A stretch of 64,000 nt of DNA from Malacoraja senta (taxonomy: Eukaryota). The notes beneath the pieces were generated by a model. That model was given only the letters and a program-made list of their open reading frames with translations. It did no database searches and was not told the origin of the DNA. The DNA lies in contig JAXLNO010000384.1 of assembly GCA_038087875.1 (NCBI GenBank), positions 62,001 to 126,000 on the forward strand, given 5' to 3'. Positions 23,893-39,169 of this stretch are shown piece after piece (positions within the stretch are counted from its first letter, which is position 1; the number at the start of each line of letters is the position of its first letter). Position numbers and translations under genes: made by a program.

Positions 23893-24016
23893 AAAGTAAA
23901 GATACAGTACTGAAGTTTGGCCCAGTTTATGCAACATTTGGAAGAATGGGGAAGACAGTCTCACCCTGGCAGACTCTTCCTGCATCAGAGGACCCAGTCT
24001 TTGGAGATCCTGGGTG

Positions 24017-24755
24017 GAAACTAACACTAATTGGTCACCCCTTTAGAAAGGAGCAGAGAGTAGAGGAAATGGATTCTGGCTACAGACACAAACATACTAA
24101 ATCAAATATAGATTTAGACCAATTCCAAACAAAGCTACAGTTGGGTGAATGGATGGGGCAAGATTACCTAATTGTAATGAGTTAAAAACAAGTATCATCA
24201 ACATTAAACTACTTTCCCTGCAACAGGAGGCAACTAGGATGACTTTAACCAGGGGATGTAACCTGGTCTAAAACAAAGTGTTGGAGCTACTCAGTGGGTC
24301 AGGCAACATCTGCCTGCCTGCAAAGGGAATGGACAGATGTTTCAGGTTGGGATCCTTCTTCAGACTGATGGAGTAGGGTAGAGAAAGTGGAAGTGAAACT
24401 TAACACTAATTGGTCACCTTCACAAAAGAGCAGAGAGGAGAGGAAATGGATTCTGGCAACAAACACACTCAAACCAAATGTAGATTTAGACAAATTCCAA
24501 AACTATAGTAGGGTGAATGGCAGGATTGATCATTTGTAATGAGACTTCAAATGTCATCAACATTAAACTACTTTCCCTGCAACAGCAGCCAACTAGGATG
24601 ACTTTAACCAGGGGATGTAACGTGGTCCAAAACAAAGTGCTGGAGATACTTGGCAGATCAGGCATCATCTACCCGACCACAAAGGGAATGGACAGATGCT
24701 GTCGTTTCCTGTTGGGACCCTTTCAGACTGATGGAGTCGGGCTGAGAAAGTGGGA
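24017..24755. repeat. Diverged tandem duplication of about 380 bp
   Basis: 24017-24392 versus 24395-24755, each ending in a Penelope terminal fragment. Confidence 0.85.
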
Positions 24756-24999
24756 AAGAGGTGGGAGCAGGACAAAGCCTGTTGTGTGATTAGTGGATAC
24801 AGGGGAGAGGGCGATGGGTTGTGACATTGGCTAGGGGTGACAAGGGGACAAAGGTGCAACAGATGAGAAGAGTGAAACGTAAAGCTGGAGGGAGGGATAC
24901 GGGTGGGAGGGGATAGAGTGAAATATGAGACTGGTTTGGGAGGTGAGCATACACAGGGAAGGAGCAGAGTGACCAAGGTGTTGAGGGAAGTGTTCACAC

Positions 25000-25492
25000 C
25001 AGGGTGGGGGTGCAGGGAAAGATGGGGTTCCCATTAGCAGGGTGGGGGTGTGCGCAGGGAAAGAGGGGGTTCCCATCACCAGCGTGGGGGGTGCTGGTAA
25101 AGAGGGGGTTCCCATCACCAGTGTGGGGGGGGGGTGCAGGGAAAGAGAGGGTTCCCATCACCAGGGTGGGGGGGGTGCAGGGAAAGAAGAGGTTCCCATC
25201 ACCAGTGTGGGGGGTGCAGGGAAAGAGGGGGTTCCCATCACCAGGGTGGGGGGGTGCAGGGAAAGGGGGTTCTCATCACCAGGGTGGGGGGTTGGTGCAG
25301 GGAAAGAGGGGGTTCCCATCACCAGGGTGGTGGGGAGTGCAGGGAAAGAGGGGGTTCCCATCACCAGGGTGGGGGGGTGCAGGGAAAGAGGGGGTTCTCA
25401 TCACCAGGGTGGGGGTTGGTGCAGGGAAAGAGGGGGTTCCCATCACCAGGGTGGTGGGGGGTGCAGGGAAAGAGGGGGTTCCCATCACCAGT
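25000..25492. repeat. G-rich minisatellite of about 40 bp
   Basis: About 12 copies of ggtgcagggaaagagggggttcccatcaccagggtggg. Confidence 0.95.
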
Positions 25493-25540
25493 ATGCTGAT
25501 TTCTCACCTCCATGCCACATTTCCCTTTTATCCTGGGATA

Positions 25541-26136
25541 GCCTCTACTTCCTGAGAAGATTACGGAGATTCGGTTTGTCAAGGAGGACTCTCTCTAACT
25601 TCTACAGGTGCACAGTAGAGAGCATGCTGACCAGTTGCATCGTGGCTTGGTTCGGCAACTTGAGCGCCATGGAGAGGAAAAGACTACAAAGAGTAGTAAA
25701 CACTGCCCAGTCCATCATCGGCTCTGACCTTCCTTCCATCGAAGGGATCTACCTTGACGATGCTGCCAGCCTCAAAAAGGCTGGCAGCATCATCAAGGAC
25801 CCACACCATCCTGGCCACACACTCGTCTCCCCGCTACCTTCAGGTAGAGGGTACAGGAGCCTGAAGACTGCAACGACCAGGTTCAGGAATAGCTACTTCC
25901 CCACAGCCATCAGGCTATTAAACTTGGCTCGGACAAAACTCTGAACATTAATAGCCCATTATATGTTATTTGTACTTTAACAGTTTATTTATTCATGTGT
26001 GAATATATTTATATAATGGTATATGGACACACTGATCTGTTTTGTAGTCAATGCCTACTATGTTCTGTGTGCTGAAGCAAAGCAAGGATGTCATTGTCCT
26101 ATCAGGGACACATGACAAACTCACTTGAACTTGAAC
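25541..26136 (+). mobile_element. Rex1/Babar LINE 3' end
   Basis: LYFLRRLRRFG..FYRCTVES..DPHHPGH..LPSGR.YRS..RFRNSYFPTAIRLLN. Confidence 0.9.
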
Positions 26137-26582
26137 TATCCCCTCCCATGTCGCATTCATCCATAAACCTCCCTCTGGCTTCATCTTCCACACCTCTATC
26201 CTTCTTATCCAACATGTTTTATCACTGGCCTTTGTTACTTATGTTTTATCTCTGGCCTTTGTTACTTATTCCATCCATCTGCCAACCACCCACCCCACAT
26301 GCCAGGCTTTGTCCCACCCCCACTTTCCATCTTTCTCCCCCTACTCCAGGCTGTAGGTTTCCAATCCAAAATGCCATCTGTCTATTTCCCCCACAGATGC
26401 TGCCTGACCCTCAGAGTTCCTCCAGCACTTCTGCTCAACATTCCAGCACCCTGAAATACAAGGAACGTGACCACAAAGCAATTAGGAAAGGACATTGTTA
26501 ATCTTTCTCAAAGATTTATCCCCATTGAAACCACGAGAGGGTCTAAACAAGGGCCTTATCTTCATATCATCTCCACAAACAC

Positions 26583-26800
26583 TAGATTAGATAGATAGAT
26601 AGATATGCCTTTATTGTCATTCAGACCGAAGTCTGAATGAAATTGCAGCAGTCATACATATAATACAATAAAAACAACAATAAACACATATTAACATCCA
26701 CCACAGTGAGTCCACCCAGCATCTCCTCACTGTGATGGAGGCAAAAGTCTTAGGTCTGCAGTCTCTTCCCTCCTCTTCTCCCTCTGCGCTGAGGCGATAG
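26583..26800 (-). mobile_element. 3' end of the 20436-21240 element family
   Basis: Sequence match, hairpin 26620-26637, (TATC)n tail. Confidence 0.7.
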
Positions 26801-27199
26801 ACTTGGTTATAGCAAAATAAATTCACTTTAATGATTGAAATCTCCTGACATCCTTGATCACACCCTCTTTGACAAGCAGTACTTGGAACAGCAAGTTGAC
26901 AAACCATAGAAAACTGGGGACATTAGAAGATCTCCAAAGACCTTGGCACATCAACCAGAAACAAGTAGAATAACTGTGGAGGGAGAAACAGCAACAGATG
27001 AGAACATTCTACATTCACCTCAAAATATCAAACACTGGGTGGACAGGGCCTGGAAAAATAACTCTAGGCCCAATGTTTCAAGGTCAGTTTATCGTCACAT
27101 GTACCAATTAAGGTACAGTGAAATTCAAATGTGTCTGCAGTAGTGAATCCTATAGGGTAGTAGAATACATTGATTATTGTCATAATCCACTAGTTATCC

Positions 27200-28427
27200 A
27201 CTAGTAGAGTGGATAAGGGAGAACCAGTGGATGTGTTATATCTGGACTTTCAGAAGGCTGTTGACAAGGTCCCACATAAGAGGTTAGTATGCAAACTTAA
27301 AGCACACAGTATTGGGGGTTCAGTATTGATGTGGATAGAGAACTGGCTGGCAAACAGGAAGCAAAGAGTAGCAGTAAACAGGTCCTTTTCAGAATGGCAG
27401 GCAGTGACTAGTGGGGTACCGCAAGGCTCAGTGCTGGGACCCCAGCTATTTACAATATATATTAATGATTTGGACGAGGGAATTGAATGCAACATCTCCA
27501 GGTTTGCGGATGACGCGAATCTGGGGCCAATGTTAGCTGTGAGGTGGATGCTAGGAGGCTGCAAGGTGACTTGGATAGGTTGGGTGAGTGGGCAGATGCA
27601 GTATAATGTGGATAAATGTGAGGTTATCCACTTTGGTGACAAGAACAGGAAAGTAGACTATTATCTGAATGGTGGCCGATTAGGAAAAGGGGAGATGCAA
27701 CGAGACCTGGGTGTCATGGTACACCAGTCATTGAAAGTTTGCATGCAGGCAGCAGGCAGTGAAGAAAGCGAATGGTATGTTAGCATTCATAGCAAAAGGA
27801 TTTGAGTATAGGAGCAGGAAGGTTCTACTGCAGTTGTACAGGGTCTTGGTGAGACCACACCTGGAGTATTGCGTACAGTTTTGGTTTCCAAATCTGAGGA
27901 AAGACATTCTTGCCATAGAGGGAGCACAGAGAAGGTTCACCAGACTGATTCCTGGGATGTCAGGACTTTCATATGAAGAAAGACTGGATAGACTCGGCTT
28001 GTACTCGCTAGAATTTAGAAGATTGAGGGGGGATCTTATAGAAACTTACAAAATTCTTAAGGTTGGACAGGCTAGATGCAGGAAGATTGTTCCCAATGTT
28101 GGGAAAGTCCAGGACAAGGGGTCACAGTTTAAGGATTATGGGGAAATCCTTTAGGACTGAGATGAGAAAAACATTTTTCACACAGAGAGTGGTGAATCTC
28201 TGGAACTCTCTGCCACAGAAGGTAGTTGAGGCCAGTTTGTTGGCTATATTTAAGAGGGAGTTAGATGTGGCCCTTGTGGCTAAAGCGATCAGGGGGTATG
28301 GAGAGAAGGCAGGTACAGGATACGGAGTTGGATGATCAGCCATGATCATATTGAATGGCGCTGCAGGCTCGAAGGGCCGAATGCCCTACCCCTGCAACTA
28401 TTTTCTATGTTTCTATGTTTCTATGTT
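27200..28427 (+). mobile_element. CR1 RT and 3' end
   Basis: ORFs 27209..27805, 27759..28154, 28063..28335; TTTCTATG tail. Confidence 0.95.
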
Positions 28428-28799
28428 ACATACCAGTTTGTAGGTTGAGTACAAAGATACAAATTTATTTATTGAGAATTCAAAGATGCAAAAGTAGAAA
28501 TAAGTAACTTGTTTAGTATCTTGTTTGCTGGATAAATGATTTAATTAAGTGCTGCTAAATGACTAACAATCACGCGAGTTTAAGTAAAATAAGCTGATGT
28601 CTGATTATGTAAAATAGTTTTTAAATTGTTTTTATTTTATATTTATTCGAAGGAAATGTACAAAACTAAAACCAACGGCATTTAACTGCTAACACAGTTA
28701 TTGTACAGGTTCAATTTTAACTTTTTAGCTTTAGTTGAAGAAAAGAAAGGAGAAAAAGCAGGAAAGAGAAAAAAGTGAAATGTACAAAGATAGAAGGCG

Positions 28800-29312
28800 A
28801 TTCAAGTCACATTTATTTCTATAGCACATTTAAAAAACAACTCTCGTTGGCCAAATTGCTTTACATTTGTTATAAGAATAGCACAAACAAAACAAACTAC
28901 ATACATATATACATGTATCCCTCACTCAGAGGATGTCAGGAAAGGCTTGGAGTATAGTTAAGTCTTTAGTCTTCACTTAAAGAGTCGATGGAGGGAGCAG
29001 TTCTGATGGGAAGGGGGATGGTGTTCCACAGTCTAGGGACTGCAACCGCAAAGGCCCGGTCGCCCCTGAGTTTATGCCTAGACCGTGGATATTCAGCAAC
29101 CCCAAGTCGGCCGATCTGAGGGGCCTGGAGGTGGAGTGGTGGGTGAGAAGACTTTTAATGTAGGTGGGGGCAAGCCCATTGAGGGCTTTGTGGACATGGA
29201 GGAGGATCTTGAAGTTTATACGGAACCGCACAGGGAGCCAGTGGAGAGAGGCCAGGATCGGGGTGATCCCTTTTTCGGGCGCCCGTCAGGAGTCTCGCTG
29301 CGGCGTAGTCTA
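28800..29312 (-). mobile_element. L2 3' end, paralog of 2548-3068
   Basis: Same sequence and flanks. Confidence 0.88.
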
Positions 29313-29574
29313 GAACCCCTAGACTACCAATGTGGGTGGTAGCCATAGGAGTGGATAAAAGAAAGAAAGAAGAGAGGACTAGAAAAAAATAAAAGGACAA
29401 AAAGAAAAAGAGATAGAAAGTGTTGGTATACCTGCCTTTCGTCCCTCCCCACCCACCTCACCCAACCCGTAATTAGATTTAAATCCAAAGTTGTGTTGTG
29501 CCATACTATCCTTGTAATAATCAATGAATGGTGTCCATGTCTTGGAAAAATGATCTGTTTTTTCTGCCAAGACA

Positions 29575-30392
29575 AGTCAAAGAGTAGGAATAAACGGTCC
29601 TTTTCAGAATGGCAGGTAGTGACTAGTGGGGGTACCGCAAGGCTCAGTGCTGGGACCCCAGCTATTTACAATATAAATTAACGATTTGGACGAGGGAATT
29701 GAATGCAACATCTCCAAGTTTGTGGATGACATGAAGCTGGGGGGCAGTGTTAGCTGTGAGGAGGATGCTAGGAGGCTGCAAGGTGACTTGCATAGGTTGG
29801 GTGAGTGGGCAAATGCATGGCAGATGCAGTATAATGTGGATAAATGTGAGGTTATCCACTTTAGTGGCAAAAACAGGAAAGTAGGCAATTATCTGAATGG
29901 TGGCCGATAGGCAAAGGGGAGATGCAACGAGACCTGGGGGTCATGGTACACCAGTCATTGAAAGTAGGCATGCGGGTGCAGCAGGCAGTGAAAAAGCGAA
30001 TGGTATGTTAGCATTCATAGCAAAAGGATTTGAGTATAGGAGCAGGGAGGTTCTACTGCAGTTGGACAGGGCCTTGGTGAGGAAAGACATTCTTGCCATA
30101 GACGGAGTACAGAGAAGGTTCACCAGACTGATTCCTGGGATGGCAGGACTTTCATATGAAGAAAGACTGGATAGACTTGGCTTGTACTCGCTAGAATTTA
30201 GAAGGTTGAGGAGGGATCTTATAGAAACTTACAAAATTCTTAAGGGGTTGGACGGGCTAGATGCAGGAAGATTGTTCTGATGTTGGGAAGTCCAGAACAA
30301 GGGGTCACAGTTTAAGGATAAGGGGGGAGTCTTTTAGGCTTGAAGGGACGAATGGCCTCTACTCATGCACCTATTTTCTATGTTTCTATGTC
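29575..30392 (+). mobile_element. CR1 RT/3' end, fusion of two copies
   Basis: Left matches 3326-4139, right matches 9030-9083; junction near 30338. Confidence 0.9.
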
Positions 30393-30609
30393 CTCTCCAC
30401 AACGAATATAAACCTCACCTGCATTTTAATCCGCCCCCCCCCCCCACAACACCAAGCCTCCTGAATCGCAAGCACAGCACCACTGATGGTAGGGTTTGTA
30501 AAAACGCCACTATGTCAAAAGTTTTATACACCTTGATGGAGCGGGCCGAGGCCCCCCTAGATCTCGAGGCCATAAACATAAGCTTGTCTGGCTCATACGT
30601 AATCCGGCC

Positions 30610-30765
30610 CTGGTGGGAGGAAACCGGAGCGCCCGGAGAAAAACCCACGCAGGTCAAGGGGAGAGAACGTGCAAACTCCGTACAGACAGCGACCGTGGTC
30701 GGGATGGAACCGGGGTCTCTGGCACCGTGAGGCGGCAACTCTACCGCTGGGCCATCGTGACGACC
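30610..30765 (-). mobile_element. HE1-type V-SINE, 5' part
   Basis: Paralog of 9305-9460. Confidence 0.8.
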
Positions 30766-31179
30766 AGAGAGGGAGGGAGAGGTGAATACTCCTCTCTCCC
30801 TCATTCCTCTCTTTCTCTCTCTTCCCTCTCTCCCTCTCTCCCTCATCCCTCATCCCTCTCTCTCCCTCTCTCCTCTCTCTCCCTCTCTCCCTCTCTCCCT
30901 CTCTTCACTCTCTTCCCTCTCTTCCCTCTCTCCCTCTCTCCTCTCTCTCCCTCTCTCCCTCTCTCCCTCTCTTCCCTCTCTCCCTCTCTCCCACTCTCCC
31001 TTCAAAACGTTCTCAAAAGTTTCTCAAAAGTTTCTCAAAACTCTCCCAAACTTTCTCTCCCTCTCACCTCCCTCTCTCTCCCTCTCTCACACTCATTCCC
31101 TCCCTCCCTCTCACCCTCTCTCCTTCCTCCCCCCTTCCTTTTTCCTCTCCATCCCACCCTCAATGCACCAAAAAAAACC

Positions 31180-31319
31180 ATGCCGGAACCAACATTCGGC
31201 ATTTCGCCCTCCACCCGGACGCCTGAGACTCGCCGTCCCGCTTTGCCAGCGCCGGTGCGCCTCCCTAAAGCGTCCCCCTCCCGCCGGAAGCGCCTCGGGA
31301 ATGCAGCTGTGAAGAGCAG
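31180..31319 (+). promoter_or_regulatory. Candidate promoter/non-coding first exon of ZNF locus 2
   Basis: CpG-rich; CCGGAAG ETS core at 31284-31290; donor-like CAG|GTAAAG at 31319/31320. Confidence 0.5.
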
Positions 31320-31807
31320 GTAAAGATAAAATCGCTGCCATGCAGCGGGGGAGGCAGCAATGCAGCCAGTGATGCATGCATTTCCTTTAATGCAGCCAGT
31401 GATGCATGCAGTTCCTTTAATGCAGCAGGGGGAGCATGCACAGGCGCTGGCAGGCGGTTCCCCACACTTTACAACTCAAACTATATCCACACTTAATGTG
31501 GCCCTACAGGCCGATTTCTGCCTCATTTCCAAACCATTTCCCCCCAAAACTCCCCCAAAGTCACACGGGGTGGATTCGGGGAGCCCAGAGCATCCGGAAT
31601 AGGCCCTTCAGCCCATTTCACTCCTGCTAGCCCACACTTGGAGAGAGAGAGAGAGAGACAGAGAGGGACAGAGAGAGACACAGAGAGAGAGAGAGAGAGA
31701 CAGACAGAGAGAGAGAATGAGGACAGAGAGAGACAAAGAGACAGACAGACAGAGAGAGACGAGAGAGACAGGGAGAGAGACAGGGAGAGAGAGATGTAGA
31801 GAGACAA

Positions 31808-31848
<41 letters not shown>

Positions 31849-31939
31849 CACAGAGAGCGAGACAATGAGAGAGACAGGGAGAGAGACAATGAGAGAGACA
31901 ATGAGAGACAGAGAGAAAGAGCGAGAGAGAGCGAGCGAG

Positions 31940-32624
31940 AAACAATAGAAACATAGAAACATAGACAATAGGTGCAGGAGTAGGCCATTCGGTCCTTCGA
32001 GCCTGCACCGCCATTCAATATGATCATGGCTGATCATCCAACTCAGTATCCTGTATCTGCCTTCTCTCCATACCCTCTGATCACTTTAGCCACAAGGGCC
32101 ACATCTAACTCCCTCTTAAATATAACCAATGAACTGGCCTCAACTACCTTCTGTGGCAGAGAATTCCACAGATTAACCACTCTCTGTGTAAAAAATGATT
32201 TTCTCATCTCGGTCCCAAAAGACTTCCACCTTATCCTTAAAATGTGTGTGACCCCTTGTTCTGGACTTCCATAATCTATTTTTCATAATCTATTTTCCCT
32301 TACCTAATTAAGCCCTTTGTCCTCCTCTGCTGGACTCTGAATTTCTCCCAGTCCTCTGGTAGGCTGCATTTTCTGGCTAATTTGTATGCTTCATCTTTTG
32401 ACTTGATACTATCCCTGATTTCCCTTGTTATCCACGGATGCACTACCTTCCCTGATTATTCTTTTGCCAAACTGGGATGAACAATTGTTGTAGTTCATCC
32501 ATGCAGTCTTCAAATGCCTTGCATTGCACATCCACCGTCAACCCTTTAAGAATCACTTGCCAGTCTATCTTGGCCAATTCACGTCTCATACCCTCAAAGT
32601 TACCCTTCTTTAAGTTCAGAACCC
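31940..32624 (-). mobile_element. CR1 with internal deletion, paralog of 10260-12479
   Basis: Junction near 32270 joins the equivalents of 10575 and 12133. Confidence 0.9.
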
Positions 32625-34004
32625 TTGTTAAATAAATACAAATTTACTCTCAATGGTATTATTATCGAACACACTATGAGCTATACTTACCTTGGTCTAA
32701 CTGTTGCAGCATCAGGGAGCTTCAATATGGCAGTGAATGCACTAAAAGAGAAAGCTCGAAGAGCTCTGTATGCAATAAAAAGAAGAATCTACAACATCCA
32801 AATTCCAATTAAAATCTGGCTTAAAATATTTGACAGTATAATCCAGCCTATTGCGCTTTATGGTAGTGAAGAATGGGGTCCGCTCAGTCACCACAGTTAT
32901 AGTAAATGGGTAAAGCATACAACGGAGGCCCTGCATGTGGAATTTTGTCGGAACATCCTCGAAAGGATAACACCAACAAACGCATGTAGGGCGGAATTAG
33001 GCAGATACCCACTGATAATAAATATCCAGAAAAGAGCACTAATTTTTGGAATCACCTTAAATCTAGCTCCCCAGATACCCTCCAGTTTAACCCCTTAAAA
33101 CACAAGAGGGGAGCCCGGAAAGGAGTTCCCTGTCTCAGTTGGTACTGAGACTAACTACTCCTATTCAGTTAAACCCTATCCAGTTAAATCCTGAGCAGCC
33201 TCAGATCAATACTGATCCCCAATCACCAGTTAGAGTGAACCAAATTATCAAACAATGTAAAGAAACGTATTGGAACATTGGGATAAAGAAACCAAAAACC
33301 AAAGCAGATTAGAATGTTACCGTGCCCTAAAAGAGATTATAAATTGGCAGACTAGCTCTCAACTGTTAGAGACATAAAGCAGAGACAGACCCTCACCAAA
33401 TACAGGTTAAGCGACCACTATTTGGCAGTTGAAAAAGGAAGACAGAAGAGATTCTGGCAACCAACAGAAAGCAGAATATGCGGCACTGTTTGTCAGATGA
33501 GGTTGAAACAGAGGTGCACTTCCTCCTAAAATGCAAAATATTTGACAAAACAAGGAAAACATACTTTGACAAACTCAGTCTGGCAACCCCTGATTTTAAA
33601 GAACTAGTTGACACATCAAAACTAAGAATAATTCTTGGTGAAGGAAATACGGCACATCTTGGTGCACAATATGTAACAGCATGCCATAACCTGAGAGATG
33701 GTGAATGACCAATATGCACATATGTACGCACACACTAATTGACATTAACTGACACCAAGAAATTAATATTCAATTGCTAAACTTGCTATTCTGTTGTACT
33801 GCTTACAGCTGCAAGAACGTGTAGCAATCAATAAAGGGCTATAGGCCTATTGCGAGTTTATGTACAGGGACATATCTATCCATGCACTATACTTGTATTT
33901 ATACTTATGCATTTTAAATATGTATGTCATGTTTTATACTTTGGCAATATAACAATGTGTTTTTTATCATGCCAATAAAGTTTTTTAATTGAAATTGAAA
34001 ATTG
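32625..34004 (+). mobile_element. RTE-X-like LINE 3' portion, paralog of 12480-13857
   Basis: ORFs 32625..33098 and 33478..33708. Confidence 0.75.
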
Positions 34005-34677
34005 AGAGAGACAGAGAGTGAGACAGAGAGAGAGAGAGAGAGAGAGACGGAGAGAGAGAGAGAGACAGAGAGAGGGGGAACAGACAGTGACAGGGATACA
34101 GAGACAGAGGGCGAGACAGAGAGAGAGAAAGAGAGAAGGAGGGAGAGACAGAGGGAAGGAGAAGGAGAGAGACAGAGAAAGAGATACAGAGAGAGAGAGA
34201 GAGACAGAGAGAGAGAAAGAGAGAGACACATAGGGAGAGACAGAGAGGGGGCAGAGAGAGAGAGAGATAGTTAGAGAGAGAGACAGATGCAGAGAGAGGG
34301 AGGGATAGAGAGAGAGGCACAGAGAGAGAGAGACACAGAGAGAGAGAAACAGAGAGAGACAGAGAGAGAGAGAGACAAAGAGACAGAGAGAGACAGGGAG
34401 AGAGGTAGAGAGACAGAGAGACAGTGAGAGAGATAGATAGATAAAGAGAGAGAGACAGATAGAGAGAGAGACAGCGAGAGAGAGAGAGAGAGATAGAGAA
34501 AGGGAGAAAGACAGTTACAGAGAGGGAGACGAGAGGGACAGAGAGAGAGAGGGACAGAAAAAGAGAGAGACAGGTAAAGAGAGAGACAGAGAGAGAGAGT
34601 GCTGGAGTAACTCAGCGGGTCAGGCAGCATCTGTGGAGAGAAGGAATGGGTGACATTTTGGGTCGAGACCCTTCTTT

Positions 34678-34990
34678 GGTTTAGTTTAGTTTAGAGATGC
34701 AGCGTGGAAACAGGTCTTTCGGCCCACGGACTCTGCGCCGACCAGCGATCACCCCGTACACCAGCACTATCCTACGCACATTAGGGACAATTTAACAATT
34801 TTGTGGAGGCCGATTAATCTACAACCATGAACGTCTTTGAAATGTTGGAGGAAACCGGAGCACCCGGAGTAAAAACACACGCAGGTCAAGGGGAGAACGT
34901 ACAAACTCCGCACAAACAGCACCCATAGTCAGGATCGTACCTGGGTCTCTGGCGGTGAGGCAGCAACTGTACCGCTGCGCCACTGTGCCG
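34678..34990 (-). mobile_element. HE1-type V-SINE, near full length
   Basis: Head, V-domain, (ctaaa)n tail; paralog of 14527-14800. Confidence 0.85.
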
Positions 34991-35225
34991 CGCAGAATTA
35001 TATAACGGTTTCCACCGCCATAAAACACACCCAATATGTGCTAGTAATGTCCTGTTTGCCAGCTTGTTGACCCTCTGTGTTCCCTTCCTGCAGGGTTTAG
35101 GAGCCGTTGCTGTTGACGGAGAGACGGGGACGTGAGCAGCCATTGAGGGCGGCCAGGGTGCCGGTGAGCCCCCCCCCCCCCATCTGCTCGGTGTGTGGGC
35201 TGAACTTCGAGGGGGCTGATCTTCG

Positions 35226-36980
<1,755 letters not shown>

Positions 36981-37129
36981 TGTTGCTTTTACATTTGCTG
37001 AAAAACAGAAAGCATTCAAATTTAAAAGAGAATTTTCCCAGCAGAATAAAGTTATGGAAATCTTAGAAGCTTGGTTTGTACTAATTAGTGAAACAATGTA
37101 TTAACAAAGAGATGTATTGTCTTGGCATA

Positions 37130-37645
37130 ACACCATAGAAAATAGGTGCAGGAGTAGTCCATTCGGCCCTTCGAGCCTGCACCGCCATTCAATATGATCA
37201 TGGCTGATCATCCAACTCAGTATCCTGTACCTGCTTTCTCTCCATACCCCCCCGATCCCTTTAGCCACAAGGGCCACATCTAACTCCTTCTTAAATATAG
37301 CCAATGAACTGGCCTCAACTACATTCTGTGGCAGAGAATTCCAGAGATTCACCACTCTCTGTGTAAAAAATGTTTTTCTCATCTCAGTCCTAAAAGATTT
37401 CCCATTTATCCTTAAACTGTGACCCCTTGTTCTGGACTCCCGCAACATCATGAACAATCTTCCTGCATCTAGCCTGTCCAACCCCTTAAGAATTTTGTAA
37501 GTTTCGATAAGATCCCCCTCAGTCTCCTAAATTCCAGCGAGTACAAGCCGAGTCTATCCAGTCTTTACTCATATACATCCAGGAATCAGTCTGGTGAACC
37601 TTCTCTGTACTCCCTCTATGGCAAGAATGTCCTTCCTCAGATTAG
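37130..37645 (-). mobile_element. CR1 3' end
   Basis: ORF 37101..37481 motifs and 3'UTR. Confidence 0.92.
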
Positions 37646-38334
37646 ATATGTGTTTGAACTGCCTGTTCCAGATAAGGACAAGGTAGTGGCTTTCATCCAA
37701 GTCTTACAAGCTTGTTTTAGTTCACAGACGGATGCCCATTCTGGAACCAAGATGGAAGTCGTTTGAAAACAAAATGGAGTTAGTTGTCCTTCCGGAATGG
37801 GCAGGCAGCTGTACTGAAGCTGTGCCAAGATTTGAGAATAAGGCTGACATTGCAAATATATGGGTCCAGCCTCCCTTGTTTCCCTTAGGCTACGGATCTT
37901 TCACTCAGATTTAGGTGTGTTTTATTGATAAGAAAATGTATAATTACACAAACTTTCCTTTGTTCTTTGATTGAGTGGAGCCCAAGAAGCAGTGAGCAAC
38001 ATGTGTGCTCTTTGTAGATCTCGCCACTCCCCTCTGGAATATTGATTAAAAGACTGCTTTGGTTTACCTTTAACAATTTTGTTGCTGTCTGCTTTCTTTA
38101 AGAGACGAACTTTGACAACTGTGCTCTTTGGAATTCTTCAGAATTAAGGTTGCATTATCAATAATGAAAGAAAATGCCAACTATCTCCAGAAATGATAAG
38201 AAATTATTCTCGCCTCCATGCATATTTGTCGCCGTAGGGCAGTCGGACACCTCCCCACTACTTCAAAGATAGTTCCTGCACTTGGCAATATCGTTTGGTG
38301 TTTGGCGGCAGCAGGGCGACAGGCAGGCCCGGCA

Positions 38335-38972
38335 CCCGGGTGAATCACCCCATTGTGGGGGTCCGGGGGGGGGGTGAATCAACCCATTGTGGGGGTCGGG
38401 GGTGAATCACCACTGTGTGAGGTTCGGGGGGGGTGAATCACCATGGTGTGAGTGTCGGGGGGGGGGTGAATCACCCCACTGTGGGGGTCCAGGGGGTGAA
38501 TCACCACGGTGTGTGTGTCTGGGGGGGGGTGAATCACTGTAGTGTGTGGGTCAGGGGAGGGGGGGGGTGAATCACCCCATTGTGTGGTCGGGGGTGAATA
38601 ACCACTGTGTGAGGTTCGGGGAGGAGAACACCATGGTGTGTGTGTCGGGGGGTGAATCACCCCATGTGGGGGTGAATCGCCCCATTGTGTGGGTCGGGGG
38701 GATCACCCCATTGTGGGGGTCCGAGGGGGCGTGAATCACTCCAGTGTGTGGGTCGGGGGGGGGGTGAATCACCACTGTGTGAGGTTCGGGGGGGGGGGTT
38801 GAATCACCATGGTGTGTGTGTCGGGGGGGTGAATCACTCCAGTGTGTGGGTCGGGGGGGGGTGAATCACCCCGGTGTGTGGGTCGGGGGGGGGGGTGAAT
38901 CACTCCAGTGTGGGTGGTCGGGGGGGGGGGTGAATCACTCCAGTGTGTGGGTCTGGGGGTGGAATCACCCTG
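38335..38972. repeat. G-rich minisatellite with GGTGAATCACC core
   Basis: More than 15 units of roughly 25-40 bp. Confidence 0.93.
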
Positions 38973-39169
38973 GTAGGGGGGTCGTGGTGCCGGGGCAGCT
39001 CAGTCAGTGAATCTGAGTGATCCCCAACGGTCCCCAACTCTGCTGCAGGTGACGGGGAAGTTGCTGGGTTAATGGCCCCGTGTGTCCGCTGCCCGGAGCC
39101 GCGGCCCCGCTCCACCCGGCCCCGTGTGTGTGTGTGTGTGCTGCCGGCCCACAACCCGTGACAGTGCGG

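Noticed and set aside
25042..25944. 300-aa ORF as a novel gene
   Set aside because: Stop-free minisatellite running by chance into a Rex1 C-terminus
37645..38330. Unique sequence as a possible processed pseudogene
   Set aside because: Only short ORFs and no recognisable motif; unassigned without a database search
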